DNA of 64,000 bases from Geopsychrobacteraceae bacterium (GTDB lineage Bacteria > Desulfobacterota > Desulfuromonadia > Desulfuromonadales > Geopsychrobacteraceae): assembly GCA_963676795.2 (NCBI GenBank), contig CAXXTB010000002.1:2272001-2336000 (forward strand), given 5' to 3'. Shown here piece by piece: positions 1 through 11,153 of this stretch. Position 1 is the stretch's first letter. Each line of letters opens with the position of its first letter. The notes under the pieces are model-generated. The model was not told the DNA's origin. It did no database searches and saw only the letters and a list, made by a program, of their open reading frames with translations. Position numbers and translations under genes: made by a program.

Positions 1-506
1 GCTTCTTCGAGAGAGATATCCATATCCCCCAGCCGCGACTGGACAACCACCGTCACATAGGCGGAACTGAAGGTCACATGAGCCAGCAGGATGGTCGTCA
101 TCCCACGGCTTGCCGGCCAGCCGGTCAACTGCTGCAGAGCGACGAACAGGAGCAGGATCGACAGGCCGATGATGACATCCGGCATGACCAGCGGTGCCGC
201 CGTCAGGCCGGCCAGATAACCGCGGCCTCGAAAGCGCCCGAAACGGGCCAGGGCGAAGCCGGTAAACAGGCCGAGCACAACGGCAAAGCTGGCGTTCAAG
301 GCCGCGATCTTGAGGCTCAGCCAGGCCGCCGAAAGGATCTGGCCATCATGAATAAGCTCTTTGTACCAGTGCGTTGAAAAACCACCCCAGACCGTGACGA
401 GCCGCGACTTATTGAACGAATAGACGACCAGCGAGACGATCGGCCCGTATAGAAAGGCGTAGCCGAAGGCCATCATGGTGAAGACATACCAGGAGCGGCG
501 GCGCAT
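1..506 (-). CDS. potI: Putrescine/polyamine ABC transporter permease (partial, runs off window start)
   Basis: Read by hand from ATG at 506, adjacent to the potH stop: MRRRSWYVFTMMAFGYAFLYGPIVSLVVYSFNKSRLVTVWGGFSTHWY, a typical PotI/PotC N-terminus; last visible gene of the pot operon. Confidence 0.88.
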   Translation of the reverse strand, partial: MRRRSWYVFTMMAFGYAFLYGPIVSLVVYSFNKSRLVTVWGGFSTHWYKELIHDGQILSAAWLSLKIAALNASFAVVLGLFTGFALARFGRFRGRGYLAGLTAAPLVMPDVIIGLSILLLFVALQQLTGWPASRGMTTILLAHVTFSSAYVTVVVQSRLGDMDISLEE

Positions 507-1508
507 CTACTCCCCCCTCTCGGCAGCGAGATCCCGGGAATTTTCCTGGGCCCGCTGAAAGACAACCATCGGCACGACCAGCAACAACAGCAGGACAACG
601 GCGATCGCCGAGGCGACCGGCCAGTCGCGGTTGTTGAAAAATTCGGTCCAGAGGATCTTGCCGATCATCAGGCTGTCCGGTCCGCCGAGCAGATCGGGAA
701 TGACGAACTCACCGACCGCCGGAATGAAGACCAGCAGACCGCCGGCGATAACCCCGGGCAGCGAAAGCGGAAAGGTCACCCGCCAGAAGGCCCCCGTCGG
801 CCGGCAACCGAGATCTTCGGCCGCCTCGAGCAGACTGTTGTCGATCTTGACCAGGGTCGCATAGAGCGGCAGGACCATAAACGGCAGGTAGGAATAAACA
901 ATGCCGACATAGACGGCAAAATCACTGTGCAGCAACGGCAGCGGCTGATCGATGACACCGAGCATCAGCAGCAGGTTATTGATCAGGCCGTTGCTCTTGA
1001 GCAGACCGATCCAGGCATAGACGCGGATCAGAAAGCTGGTCCAGAACGGCAGGATGACCATCATCAGCAGCAACAGTCGCCAGACCCCCTTGCACTTACT
1101 GATCCCCAGCGCCATCGGATAGCCAACCAGCAGGGTCAGGATCGCCGAGATCGCCGCGGTCTTGACCGAATTAATGAAAGCGCTGATATACAGACTGTCT
1201 TCGATCAGCAGCAGATAATTATAGAAATTGAGCCGGATCTGCAGCAGGCCGTCGCCACTCCACTGCAGGAGGTCGGAAAACGGCGGCTGAGCCAGCAAGG
1301 ATTCAGCCAGACTGATTTTGAGAACAAACAAAAACGGCAGCAGAAAGAAGACGGTCAGCCACAGAATCGGGACCAGAATAACCAGTCGCCGGCCTCGCAG
1401 CATCCCCGCGATGCCGCGCACCCGGTTCCAGAGAACGATGCTCGACAGCCAGACCCAGAAGCGGCCGAACAGGCTCTGCGGCAAGGGGGATCCGGGGCGG
1501 GCACTCAT
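507..1508 (-). CDS. potH: Putrescine ABC transporter permease
   Basis: Hydrophobic; LPFWTSFLIRVYAW and EAA loop (LLEAAEDLG); operon position. Confidence 0.92.
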   Translation of the reverse strand: MSARPGSPLPQSLFGRFWVWLSSIVLWNRVRGIAGMLRGRRLVILVPILWLTVFFLLPFLFVLKISLAESLLAQPPFSDLLQWSGDGLLQIRLNFYNYLLLIEDSLYISAFINSVKTAAISAILTLLVGYPMALGISKCKGVWRLLLLMMVILPFWTSFLIRVYAWIGLLKSNGLINNLLLMLGVIDQPLPLLHSDFAVYVGIVYSYLPFMVLPLYATLVKIDNSLLEAAEDLGCRPTGAFWRVTFPLSLPGVIAGGLLVFIPAVGEFVIPDLLGGPDSLMIGKILWTEFFNNRDWPVASAIAVVLLLLLVVPMVVFQRAQENSRDLAAERGE

Positions 1509-2653
1509 GCTTCAAGCACCACGCCACTGGAGGCATGCCAGTAGAGGGAAACCTGCTGATCCCAGGTCGGGCCGGGGTTTTCGACCCGGTTGCGATTGGT
1601 CAGCTGGGCCTGGATGATTTTCCCCCCGGCGGTTCTGACATGATAGATCGAAATATCCCCGAGATAGGCGATCTCGGCGACCGTACCACTGATCCGGTTG
1701 ACAACATCCACTGAATCGTTATCATCAAGCACCGACATCAGGACCTTTTCCGGACGCAGAGCGACCGCAACCGGAGCCCCGATGTCGAGAGGCTTGGGGT
1801 GGTGAATCTGCAGTTCGCAGTCATAATCATCGCTGTAGATCAGCAGTTCATCACCGCGCACATCCATCACCCGCCCTTCCAGAACGTTGGCCGCACCGAC
1901 AAACTCGGCAATAAAACGGGTGGCCGGATATTCGTAGATGTAGGCCGGGGTCCCGAGCTGGGCGATGACGCCGTCATTCATGACCGCAATCCGGCTCGAC
2001 ATGGTCATCGCCTCTTCCTGGTCGTGGGTGACCATGATAAAGGTGATGCCAAGCTTCTCCTGGATATTGACAAGCTCGAACTGGGTATGTTCGCGCAGCT
2101 TTTTATCGAGTGCCCCGAGGGGTTCGTCAAGCAGCAGAATCTTCGGCCGCTTGACCAGCGCCCTTGCCAGGGCGACCCGCTGGCGCTGACCGCCGGACAG
2201 GCGGTCCGGCTTACGCTTGGCGAAGGCCTCCATTTTGACCAGCGCCAGGGCGCCCTCGACCCGCTCGGAGATCTCCGCCTTGGGCAACCCCTCCTGACGC
2301 AGGCCGAAAGCGATGTTCTTCTCGACACTCATATGCGGAAACAGCGCATAGGACTGAAACATCATATTGACCGGGCGCTCATAGGGAGGCACCCGGGTGA
2401 TGTCGGCCCCATCAATATAGATTTTGCCGACCGTCGGCATCTCGAACCCGGCCAGCATGCGCAGCAGGGTCGTTTTGCCGCAACCGGACGAGCCGAGCAG
2501 GGAAAAAAACTCGCCTCGGTAGATATCGAGACTGACATTGTCGACGGCATAGGTATCGCCAAAGGTCTTGGTCACCCCTTCGATCTGCACCAGGGGCTTG
2601 GCATTCACATCCTGCCAGGGCTCGTAACGCTGATTGTCCTGCCGTTCCGCCAT
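1505..2653 (-). CDS. potG: Putrescine ABC transporter ATP-binding subunit
   Basis: Walker A GSSGCGKT, LSGGQ signature, LLLDEP, C-terminal TOBE-like region. Confidence 0.92.
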   Translation of the reverse strand: MAERQDNQRYEPWQDVNAKPLVQIEGVTKTFGDTYAVDNVSLDIYRGEFFSLLGSSGCGKTTLLRMLAGFEMPTVGKIYIDGADITRVPPYERPVNMMFQSYALFPHMSVEKNIAFGLRQEGLPKAEISERVEGALALVKMEAFAKRKPDRLSGGQRQRVALARALVKRPKILLLDEPLGALDKKLREHTQFELVNIQEKLGITFIMVTHDQEEAMTMSSRIAVMNDGVIAQLGTPAYIYEYPATRFIAEFVGAANVLEGRVMDVRGDELLIYSDDYDCELQIHHPKPLDIGAPVAVALRPEKVLMSVLDDNDSVDVVNRISGTVAEIAYLGDISIYHVRTAGGKIIQAQLTNRNRVENPGPTWDQQVSLYWHASSGVVLEA

Positions 2654-2659
2654 CGTTCG

Positions 2660-3751
2660 TCAGTGTCCGGTCTTGATCCGGGTCCAGGTCCGGGTCTTCA
2701 AGCGCTGAACCTTGTTCGACAGTTCAGCCGGCACGATCAGCTTCTTGACGACCTCTTCAGACGGATAGATCCCTTCATCATCGCGAACCTCTTCATCAAG
2801 CAGCGCAGTCGCGTCCTTGTTGGCGTTGGCATAGGCGACGTAGTTGCTGATGTCGGCAATCACCGCCGGCTCCAGCAGTTCGTTGATAAAGGCATGGGCC
2901 TCCTGCAGGTGCGGGGCATCCTTCGGGATCGCCATGACATCAACCCAGAGGATAGCCCCCTCTCTGGGGATTGCGTAGGCGACGTTGACGCCCTGCCCCG
3001 CCTCATCGGCGCGGTCGCGGGCCTGCAGCACATCGCCGGAATAGCCGTGAGCGATACAGATATCACCGTTGGCCAGATCGTTGATGTACTGGGATGAATG
3101 GAAATAACGGACATAGGGACGAACCTTGTTGATCACCTCGGCAGCTGCCTCGATATCCGCCTGAGCCTGGCTATTCGGACTCTTGCCCAGATAAATCAGG
3201 GCTGCACCAAGCGCTTCCTGTTCATCGTCAAGCAGGGCAATGCCGCAGCTGGAGAGTTTTTCAGCATAAGCCGGATTGAACAGCAGTTCCCAGCTGTTGA
3301 CCGGAACCTCGCCACCAAGCGCCGCGTTGACCTTGTCGACGTTATAGCCGATGCCAGTTGTCCCCCACATGTAAGGAACCAAGTAGCGGTTACCAGGATC
3401 GGTCGCATCGAGAAGCTTCAGCAGTTCCGGATCAAGGTGCTTCCAATTGGGCAGTTGGGCCTTGTCCAGCTCGGCATAGAGTCCGGCGGCGATATGCCGG
3501 CCGGCAAAGGGATGCGCTGAAGGAAAGACGACATCATAGCCGGTTCTGCCGGCAAACAGCTTGGCCTCGAGGGTCTCATTGGCGTCGTAAACGTCGTAGA
3601 CGACGCTGATTCCTGTCTTCTGGGTAAAGTTGGCAACCGTTTCTTCGGCGATATAGTCTGACCAGTTGTAAACATGAACGACCTTCTCTTCCGCGCCGGC
3701 AACAACGGAAAATACTGTCAGCAATAGTCCAATCAGCAGTAGTCTTTTCAC
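2660..3751 (-). CDS. potF: Polyamine ABC transporter periplasmic binding protein
   Basis: Signal peptide; VYNWSDYI, PYMWGTTGIGYN, FHSSQYINDLANG motifs. Confidence 0.92.
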   Translation of the reverse strand: MKRLLLIGLLLTVFSVVAGAEEKVVHVYNWSDYIAEETVANFTQKTGISVVYDVYDANETLEAKLFAGRTGYDVVFPSAHPFAGRHIAAGLYAELDKAQLPNWKHLDPELLKLLDATDPGNRYLVPYMWGTTGIGYNVDKVNAALGGEVPVNSWELLFNPAYAEKLSSCGIALLDDEQEALGAALIYLGKSPNSQAQADIEAAAEVINKVRPYVRYFHSSQYINDLANGDICIAHGYSGDVLQARDRADEAGQGVNVAYAIPREGAILWVDVMAIPKDAPHLQEAHAFINELLEPAVIADISNYVAYANANKDATALLDEEVRDDEGIYPSEEVVKKLIVPAELSNKVQRLKTRTWTRIKTGH

Positions 3752-3889
3752 GATAGGCTCCTGTCGTAAAATTTCACATCAAGGGTTAATGACCGCCAGA
3801 CCTGCGCAGGCAAAACTCCGGCGCCAGAATAATGATTCACGGTAGCAATGAACAGTAAAAATGATACCGGGATCGATAAAAAAATAAAG

Positions 3890-5068
3890 TTAATTCATTC
3901 CATTACCATGGACGCCGGGCTGCAGAACGAATGGACGATAGAGGGGATCCCCGACCAGCATCATCTGCCATGACAGCCAGGGGAGAGTGTAAAAATAGCT
4001 TTCGACCAGCGTGTAATGGCCGTCCAGCAGGTAGAGAAAAAAGCGCTCCGGCAGAGGGAAACCCTGGATATACGGCTCAGCAACAGGGCCGATGGTTGCG
4101 GCAACGCCGTCCTCCAGCAACCGCTTGCACCAGACCTGGCTCCCCTCTTTCTTTAGAGTCACACACTCGGCACTGGCCATATGATAGGCCACGGCACCCG
4201 GGCGCCATTCGAAAGCAGGGACATAGCGCGCCAGACTGTACCACCCACAGTAGAGCGCAGCATCGGCGGCTTCACCTGCGGCAAACAACGACTCTTGCTC
4301 ATCCAGCGCAACGTCGAGATGGCTGAGGGTTGCTGTCAGGTCGGCAGCACGGTGCAGAGAGTTATCGTAAAGCTTGTAGCCCTCCAGCGCCTTCCCCTTC
4401 CCGGCGGCACTCCAGCGGGCGTCAAAATAGGCCCGACCGCGCAATCCGACCTTTTCAGCGTCCAGACTGTCCGCGATGATCCGCCGCACGACTGCCGGAC
4501 TCGGGCCGTCCAGCCGGGAAACCATCAGCACCGAATTTTCAGTGACTGAAGGGGCAGGTGGACTGAACCTGGGTCGCGCAAGCGGATTGACAATCCATCC
4601 GCGCAAGGGATAGTCGGAGCCTCTGGCAAGGCTCAGTTCTGAGTCCAGCGCTGCCGACAGAACAGAAGCATGTGCAGGTTCCTGATTTTCTGTCTGCTGC
4701 TGATTCTCAGCCAGCGGGTCACTCACCCGGATCGGTAAGCCGTAGAAGGTCACAAGACAGCGGATATCCAGATCAGGCCTCGCAGCCAACCAGTGCCGCA
4801 ACGGGTTCAACAACCCATTGACATAAACCTCGCGAGGACAGTCTTCGGTTGTCGGCATATCGACAACCAGCAGATTCGCCTTCGGAATCTGCCGGCCGGA
4901 CTGGTAGTAACGGGCCAGCTCAATGCCCGCAGGCTCATTTCTATTGACGATGAGCAGAACCTGTTCCGGAACCAGAGCTGAAGCGGGAAAAGCGCACCAG
5001 ACAGCAAGCATGAGTGCCATAAAAAATCTTATTAGCAAAAACATAACCGCTCTCTTTATACAAATCAA
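3890..5068 (-). CDS. TIGR03790 family exported protein (start uncertain)
   Basis: Signal peptide ending ASA-LVPEQVLLIVN; MVSRLDG, LYCGWYS, AYHMAS, GVAATIGPVAEPY, GDPLYRPF motifs recalled for this family. Confidence 0.75.
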   Translation of the reverse strand: MICIKRAVMFLLIRFFMALMLAVWCAFPASALVPEQVLLIVNRNEPAGIELARYYQSGRQIPKANLLVVDMPTTEDCPREVYVNGLLNPLRHWLAARPDLDIRCLVTFYGLPIRVSDPLAENQQQTENQEPAHASVLSAALDSELSLARGSDYPLRGWIVNPLARPRFSPPAPSVTENSVLMVSRLDGPSPAVVRRIIADSLDAEKVGLRGRAYFDARWSAAGKGKALEGYKLYDNSLHRAADLTATLSHLDVALDEQESLFAAGEAADAALYCGWYSLARYVPAFEWRPGAVAYHMASAECVTLKKEGSQVWCKRLLEDGVAATIGPVAEPYIQGFPLPERFFLYLLDGHYTLVESYFYTLPWLSWQMMLVGDPLYRPFVLQPGVHGNGMN

Positions 5069-5113
5069 AAAAAGTTAGCTTTAAGTGCTTACGCGAAAGG
5101 GAGGGTCCATACC

Positions 5114-5512
5114 ATGACAATAGCCGAAATCAACTATCACCCGGAAGCCGACGAAAACTATATGAGCGACCGTCAACAGGCTTATTTTCGCGAACGCCTG
5201 ATGCAATGGCGCAAACAGTTGAAAGAGGACGACCAGAAAACCCGGCAGCGCCTGCGCACAGCAGACGATCAGCATGGGGACCTGGTCGACCAGAGCGTGG
5301 CCGATCTGCACAAAAAGATGGACTTCATCTCGCACGACCGGCTCTGCCAGACCCTCATGCAGATCAACGCCGCCCTGCGTCGCCTGGATGACGGCAGCTA
5401 CGGTTACTGCCTGCTGTCCGGAGAAGAGATCGGCATCAGGCGCCTGCTGGCCTATCCGATTGCGACACTGTCTGTCGAAGCCCAGCAGTTGAGAGAACGA
5501 TGCAGGCTCTGA
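5114..5512 (+). CDS. dksA: DksA/TraR family RNA polymerase-binding factor, single-Cys (likely Zn-independent) type
   Basis: YMSDRQQAYFR N-terminus, DLVDQS coiled-coil tip, GSYGYC..SGEEIGIRRLLAYPIATLS; good RBS. Confidence 0.82.
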   Translation: MTIAEINYHPEADENYMSDRQQAYFRERLMQWRKQLKEDDQKTRQRLRTADDQHGDLVDQSVADLHKKMDFISHDRLCQTLMQINAALRRLDDGSYGYCLLSGEEIGIRRLLAYPIATLSVEAQQLRERCRL

Positions 5513-6355
5513 TCAACGATCAGCCTGCGTTTTTTTTATCTCCAGGGCGACCTTATAGACCTCGCTGCCGGGCAGGCCATATTCACGGGCGATCTGCTTG
5601 ACGACCTCTTTCCAGCTCAAGCCCCCCTGCTCATAGCGTGCAAGCAGAGCCTCTTCAAGGGGAAGCTCGGGCGCCGTTTTGACTGCACCGGACAACAGCA
5701 TGACCAGCTCCCCCTTGACCGGGCGCTCGGCGAAGTGCTCCTGCGCCTCGGCGACCGTTCCGAAGAACAGCTCTTCATGCCTCTTGGTCAGCTCCCTGGC
5801 CACGGCCAGGGTCCTGTTCTCGCCACAGATCTCGGCGATATCCTGCAGGCAGTTCAGGAGTCTGTGCGGGGCTTCATAAAAAGCCAGGGTCTGCGCATCA
5901 TCGGCAATCGCTTCAAGCTCCTTCCTGCGGCCATGCGCCTTGGCCGGCAGAAAACCGATAAACCTGAAAGCATCGGTCGGCAGGCCGGAGATCGACAGTG
6001 CGGCGATCAGCGCCGAAGGCCCGGGGATCGCGACCACCTCGACCCCCTGTTCGCGGCAGAGCGAAATCAGCCGGTAGCCCGGGTCAGCGATACAGGGCGT
6101 TCCCGCATCGCTGATCAGGGCAATGGTCTCTCCCTGCTGCAGTTTCTCCAGCAACTGCCTGGCCCGCCCCTCCTCGTTATGCTCGTGATAGGAGATCAAG
6201 GGGACCTTAATCGCGTAATGATCGAGCAGCTTACGACTGTGCCGGGTATCTTCGGCAGCAATCAGACTCGCCTCCCCGAGAATACGCACCGCACGGTAGG
6301 TAATATCCTCCAGATTGCCGATTGGTGTCGCTACAACGTAGAGAATGCCGTTCAC
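5513..6355 (-). CDS. rsmI: 16S rRNA C1402 2'-O-methyltransferase
   Basis: LYVVATPIGNLEDIT, AAEDTR, SDAGTP, FYEAPHR, RELTKRHEE. Confidence 0.95.
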   Translation of the reverse strand: MNGILYVVATPIGNLEDITYRAVRILGEASLIAAEDTRHSRKLLDHYAIKVPLISYHEHNEEGRARQLLEKLQQGETIALISDAGTPCIADPGYRLISLCREQGVEVVAIPGPSALIAALSISGLPTDAFRFIGFLPAKAHGRRKELEAIADDAQTLAFYEAPHRLLNCLQDIAEICGENRTLAVARELTKRHEELFFGTVAEAQEHFAERPVKGELVMLLSGAVKTAPELPLEEALLARYEQGGLSWKEVVKQIAREYGLPGSEVYKVALEIKKTQADR

Positions 6356-8307
6356 TCGCCCAACTCCTTGAGCCAGAGCGTCACTACGGCATCGCTCGGC
6401 ATCCGCCAGTCGCCACGCGGCGAAAGCGCGACACTACCGACCTTTGGCCCATCCGGCAGACAGGAACGCTTGAACTGCTGGCTGAAAAAACGCCGGTAAA
6501 AATTCTTCAACCACCCGGCGATAACCTCTTCCGTCAATTCAGGGAAGGCCAGCGCTGCCAGCAGCATGACCTTCTGCGGCGGATAGTTCATACGCACCAC
6601 CTGAAACAGGAAGAAATCATGCAATTCATAAGGGCCGACCACCTCTTCGGTCAACTGCTGAATCTCGCCGTCGGCACTAGGTGGCAGCAGCTCCGGAGAG
6701 ACAGGGGTCGCGCAGATGTCATGCAATACACTGGAGGCTCGCCCTGAGAACTCTTCGTCGGCACACCATTCAACCAGGTAACGGACCAGGGTTTTGGGTA
6801 CGCCGCTGTTGACCGCATACATCGACATATGGTCGCCGTTATAGGTGCACCAGCCGAGCGCCAACTCCGAAAGATCACCGGTGCCGATCACCAGTCCGCC
6901 AACCTGATTGGCGACGTCCATCAGGATCTGGGTCCGCTCTCTGGCCTGACTGTTCTCATAGGTCACATCATGAAGCTCTGGATTGTGACCGATGTCGGCA
7001 AAATGTTGATGCACAGCCTTATCGATCGCAACGACACGCAACTCGGTCCCGAGCTCTTCTGCCAGTGCCTCCGCGTTGCCACGGGTACGGACTGTCGTCC
7101 CGAAGCCGGGCATGGTGATCGTCACGATCCCGCGCCGATCGAGGCCGAGCCGGTCAAAGGCCCTGACCGTGACGAGCAGGGCCAGAGTCGAATCGAGTCC
7201 GCCGGACAGGCCGATGACAACCTGTTTGGCGCCGGTGTGACGCAAACGTTTGACCAGTGCACTGGTCTGAATCAGGAAAATCTCATGACAGCGATCAGCA
7301 CGTTCCACACCGTTTGGCGGTACGAACGGCGTCCTGGCCAGAGGACGACACAGGGACGTTACATGTCTGGTGGTCAGTGGGAACGCCTGGATACGATAAG
7401 CCTGCTCACTCATGGCGCGGCCGTAGGCGCTGTTGCGTTGCCGCTCAGAGACCAGGCGTTCGATATCGAGATCGGCAAGGATCAGCTGGCTGTCAAAGCG
7501 GTAGCGCTGCGTCTCAGCCAGCAGCAGGCCGTTTTCCGCGATCAGGGAATGGCCGGAGAAAACCAGATCGGTACTCGATTCGTTCGGCCCGGCCGAAGCG
7601 TAGGCATAGGCGGCCAGACAGCGTGCGGAATGAGATGAGACCAGCTCTTTCCGATAGGCGAACTTACCGAGAACTTCAGGGCTCGCCGACAGGTTGAGCA
7701 GCAGCGTCGCGCCGGCCAAGGCCTGGAAACTGCTCGGCGGCTGAACAGCCCAGCCATCCTCACAGATCTCGATACCGACCAGCAGCTCAGCAAAGCCTTC
7801 CGCCGCAAACAGCTGGTCGGCACCAAAAGGAACCTGCTCAGTCCCGATCTGAACGGAATTGCGATTATTCTCCAGCGCTGAAGCGAACCAGCGCTGTTCA
7901 TAAAACTCAGCACTGTTGGGCAGGTAGGTTTTCGGCACGACACCGCTGATCTTCCCTCCGGCACAGAAGACTCCACAGTTGAACAGCCGGCCCGCGACCT
8001 CGAGCGGCGCGCCGACCACGACCGCAAGTCCGACCTCAGCCGTTTTTTCGGCAATCTGCAACAGGGCCAGCCTGACCTCTTTGAGCAGTTGCTGCTGATA
8101 GAACAGATCCGCACAGGTGTAGCCACAGAGCGACAATTCAGGAAAGAGCAGAAGCTGACAGTGCTGAGCCGATCCCTCCTCCATCAGGGCAAGAATTTCC
8201 TTCAGGTTGAAGTCCAGGTCAGCAACACGAATCTCAGGTGTCGCAACCCCGAGCCGCAGATAACCGTAGGTGTTCAGGTCAACAGGGGGTGGTGTGTGTC
8301 TGTTCAT
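6352..8307 (-). CDS. nadE: Glutamine-dependent NAD+ synthetase
   Basis: N-terminal nitrilase domain (FPEL, PK, EICED) plus SGGLDST synthetase domain; ATG 8307 has a GGAG RBS. Confidence 0.93.
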   Translation of the reverse strand: MNRHTPPPVDLNTYGYLRLGVATPEIRVADLDFNLKEILALMEEGSAQHCQLLLFPELSLCGYTCADLFYQQQLLKEVRLALLQIAEKTAEVGLAVVVGAPLEVAGRLFNCGVFCAGGKISGVVPKTYLPNSAEFYEQRWFASALENNRNSVQIGTEQVPFGADQLFAAEGFAELLVGIEICEDGWAVQPPSSFQALAGATLLLNLSASPEVLGKFAYRKELVSSHSARCLAAYAYASAGPNESSTDLVFSGHSLIAENGLLLAETQRYRFDSQLILADLDIERLVSERQRNSAYGRAMSEQAYRIQAFPLTTRHVTSLCRPLARTPFVPPNGVERADRCHEIFLIQTSALVKRLRHTGAKQVVIGLSGGLDSTLALLVTVRAFDRLGLDRRGIVTITMPGFGTTVRTRGNAEALAEELGTELRVVAIDKAVHQHFADIGHNPELHDVTYENSQARERTQILMDVANQVGGLVIGTGDLSELALGWCTYNGDHMSMYAVNSGVPKTLVRYLVEWCADEEFSGRASSVLHDICATPVSPELLPPSADGEIQQLTEEVVGPYELHDFFLFQVVRMNYPPQKVMLLAALAFPELTEEVIAGWLKNFYRRFFSQQFKRSCLPDGPKVGSVALSPRGDWRMPSDAVVTLWLKELGE

Positions 8308-8321
8308 GTCCGGAATCTCCG

Positions 8322-8705
8322 CTAGCAAACAGAAAACGAGTCAAGGCTGAAAGCGTGCTCAAAATGTTCTACTCGGCCACGCCCAGCCTCAGTTGCAATA
8401 ATGGCAATCACATCAAAACGCGGCTGCAAATGGCCAAGCTTATGTTCCTGCAGGTACCACTGAGCGGTACGGATAATCTGTCTCTGTTTTCGGCTGCCAA
8501 CCGCTTCCTGAGGGGTACCGAAGAAGGTTGTTCGCCGGGTTTTCACCTCGACGAACAGCAGGCTGGTCCTGTTTCTGGCGATAATATCGATTTCTCCGAC
8601 CGGAGCCCGAAAATTCCGGGCCAGGATCTTCCAGCCGTGAGCCACCAGGTAGTTAACGGCGAGCTCTTCCCCCCACTGCCCCAGAGCCAGACGCGCCTCA
8701 GTCAC
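8322..8705 (-). CDS. yraN: YraN family putative endonuclease
   Basis: GQWGEELA, RNFR..GEIDIIA, FVEVKTR, RFDVIAI; GTG start overlapping the rnhB stop. Confidence 0.88.
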   Translation of the reverse strand: MTEARLALGQWGEELAVNYLVAHGWKILARNFRAPVGEIDIIARNRTSLLFVEVKTRRTTFFGTPQEAVGSRKQRQIIRTAQWYLQEHKLGHLQPRFDVIAIIATEAGRGRVEHFEHAFSLDSFSVC

Positions 8706-9348
8706 GGCTGCAACCGACGAACTCGCGAACCCCGCCGAAACTCGTACGGTGTTGCGGTGACGGACCGTATTCGGCAATCGCCTGACGGTGAGCCGCCGTA
8801 CCGTACCCCTTATGCCCGGCGAAACCGTACTGCGGATAACGCTGGTCATGAGCCAGCATGATACGATCACGGATCACCTTGGCAACGACTGAAGCGGCAG
8901 CAATCGACAGTGAACGGCTATCGCCCTGTTTGATCGCCTGCTGCGATGTCGAAACCGGCAGCAGCGAAATACCGTCGATCAGCAGATGATCGGCAGCACA
9001 GCTTAAGCGCCCGACAGCACGCTGCATGGCAAGCAATGTCGCCTGCAGGATATTTAACTGATCGATTTCAGCAGCTGATGCAACCCCGACCCCGACAGCA
9101 CGCGCCCGCTGATGAATCAGCGGATAAAAAGAATCACGTTTCTTCTCCGACAGCTTCTTCGAATCGGTCAGACCGGGCAATTCAAAACCTGCGGGAAGAA
9201 TAACCGCTGCGGCAACAACCGGACCAGCCAGCGGCCCCCTGCCGGCTTCATCAATCCCGGCGACAGCCTGATACCCTTTTAGCTTTGCCTGCTCTTCAAA
9301 ATACAGAGTCGTCGGCGCGGTTTCTTCAAAAAGTGACAAAGTGTCCAT
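8698..9348 (-). CDS. rnhB: Ribonuclease HII
   Basis: GIDEAGRGPLAGPV, DSKKL, SIAAASVVAKV, HKGYGT. Confidence 0.96.
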   Translation of the reverse strand: MDTLSLFEETAPTTLYFEEQAKLKGYQAVAGIDEAGRGPLAGPVVAAAVILPAGFELPGLTDSKKLSEKKRDSFYPLIHQRARAVGVGVASAAEIDQLNILQATLLAMQRAVGRLSCAADHLLIDGISLLPVSTSQQAIKQGDSRSLSIAAASVVAKVIRDRIMLAHDQRYPQYGFAGHKGYGTAAHRQAIAEYGPSPQHRTSFGGVREFVGCSRD

Positions 9349-9365
9349 AACTGGTTTCTTCAGAT

Positions 9366-9397
9366 AAAAAAAAAGCCCTCAACGACTGTTGAGGGCT
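9366..9397 (-). terminator. Intrinsic terminator after rplS
   Basis: GCCCTCAAC-4nt-GTTGAGGGC stem followed by a long T run on the minus strand. Confidence 0.85.
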
Positions 9398-9417
9398 CAT
9401 TGTAGCAAAAATCTTTA

Positions 9418-9765
9418 TCAGATCGCACGCTTTTCGGAAATACGTGCAGCCTTACCGCTGAGTTTACGCAGGTAGTAAAGCTTGGCGCGGCGAACCTTAC
9501 CAACGCGCAGGACTTCGATTTTATCGATGCTTGGTGAATGGAGAGGAAAGATTCTCTCAACACCAATACCACCGGAAATCTTGCGGACGGTGTATGAAGA
9601 ACCGAGACCGCTGTTCACACGCTTGATGCAGACGCCTTGAAAAACCTGGATACGCTGCTTGTCACCCTCGGTGATTTTTACGTGTACTTTCAGGGTATCA
9701 CCAGCTTTGAAAGTCGGGATATCCTTTTTCATCTGTTCCATTTCGAGCTTATCGATGATGTTCAT
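9418..9765 (-). CDS. rplS: 50S ribosomal protein L19
   Basis: [24 protein letters not shown]. Confidence 0.98.
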   Translation of the reverse strand: MNIIDKLEMEQMKKDIPTFKAGDTLKVHVKITEGDKQRIQVFQGVCIKRVNSGLGSSYTVRKISGGIGVERIFPLHSPSIDKIEVLRVGKVRRAKLYYLRKLSGKAARISEKRAI

Positions 9766-9854
9766 CCTTTATCCTCCTCGATCAAACTTTTCTAAGTTCC
9801 TAATCGTGTGTACGTTTTTTTATCAGTAAGTCACTCAAGACCGGCTCAAGTGCG

Positions 9855-10583
9855 TCAACCTTTTTTCAACTCGTCCAGAAATGCCCTGTCTTCAGCCGAC
9901 AACTCGGCTGTTTCGAGCAAATCGGGTCGCCGCTTCAAACTTCTCAGCAGCTGTTGCTCACGTCGCCAGCGAGCGATGCGCGCATGATTTCCCGACAACA
10001 GAACATCCGGCACCTTCAACCCCATGAATTCAGCAGGGCGCGTGTACTGCGGATACTCGAGAAGTCCGTCAGAAAATGAGTCGGTCTGAGCACTTCCTTC
10101 CGATCCAAGCACTCCTGGCAAATGCCGCGCAATCGCGTCAATCATAACCAGAGCCGGAAGTTCACCACCGGTCAGAACAAAGTCCCCGATGGAATACTCA
10201 GCATCGACGATGGTTTCACGAATACGTTCGTCAAACCCCTCGTAACGTCCACAGAGGAAGATCAATCCAGGTTCAAGAGCGAGCTTACAGGCGTGCTCCT
10301 GGCTGAACGGTGTTCCCTGGGGCGTCATCAACAGAACCTTCGATTCCGGCGATTGCTGTTTAAGCTCTTCAACAGCACGGAATACGGGTTCCGGTTTCAT
10401 GACCATACCGTCGCCACCGCCGTATGGCATGTCGTCAGTCGTCAAATGCCTGCCGGTTGCCCAGTTACGCAGGTTATGACAACGTACAGTGAGCAGATCC
10501 TGCCTGATTGCCCGCCCAAGAATACTCTCCTGAAGCGGAGAAGCAAGCAGATCGGGAAACAGGGTGACAACATCAAAAATCAT
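9855..10583 (-). CDS. trmD: tRNA (guanine-N1)-methyltransferase
   Basis: [41 protein letters not shown]. Confidence 0.97.
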   Translation of the reverse strand: MIFDVVTLFPDLLASPLQESILGRAIRQDLLTVRCHNLRNWATGRHLTTDDMPYGGGDGMVMKPEPVFRAVEELKQQSPESKVLLMTPQGTPFSQEHACKLALEPGLIFLCGRYEGFDERIRETIVDAEYSIGDFVLTGGELPALVMIDAIARHLPGVLGSEGSAQTDSFSDGLLEYPQYTRPAEFMGLKVPDVLLSGNHARIARWRREQQLLRSLKRRPDLLETAELSAEDRAFLDELKKG

Positions 10584-11110
10584 TGTTCATCCTGGATCAG
10601 GCCGTCCGGCAGATCAACCTGCATCGTCCCTGCGGAAAAATCGACAGAAACGACGAACTGATGGACTGCAGGGATCATCACTTCACCATAAGGGCCATCG
10701 ACAACATAAGTGTCGTGAGCGGCGGTGGTGAAGATACTGACCAGCTGGCCTATCTCACCGCGTTGCCGATCGACAACTCTCAGCCCTTCAAGCTCAGCCC
10801 AGTAATACTCATCATCACTGAGCTCAGGCAGTTGATCTTCCGGCAATTCCAACCGGCAGCCAACCAACTGTTCGACCTGATTGATCGAGTCCAGCCCCTT
10901 AAAGCGCAACAGAATCTGTTTCTTGTGCAGGGTCTGTCTGACAATTTCATACTGCTCTACTTCGCCGGACGCAGGACGTACGAAGATATGATCCACATTC
11001 AGCAATAAATCCGGATCTCCCGACAACGGACGGACCTTCAGATCTCCGCGCAAACCGTGAGTACCAACGATTGTTCCGATTTCCAGCAGAGTCTTGGGGT
11101 TGTTGTCCAT
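10580..11110 (-). CDS. rimM: Ribosome maturation factor RimM
   Basis: [26 protein letters not shown]; rpsP-rimM-trmD-rplS context. Confidence 0.95.
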   Translation of the reverse strand: MDNNPKTLLEIGTIVGTHGLRGDLKVRPLSGDPDLLLNVDHIFVRPASGEVEQYEIVRQTLHKKQILLRFKGLDSINQVEQLVGCRLELPEDQLPELSDDEYYWAELEGLRVVDRQRGEIGQLVSIFTTAAHDTYVVDGPYGEVMIPAVHQFVVSVDFSAGTMQVDLPDGLIQDEQ

Positions 11111-11153
11111 TTACCGTCTTACTTCTAAATCCTGTTATGGAAAAGCGCCAGGC

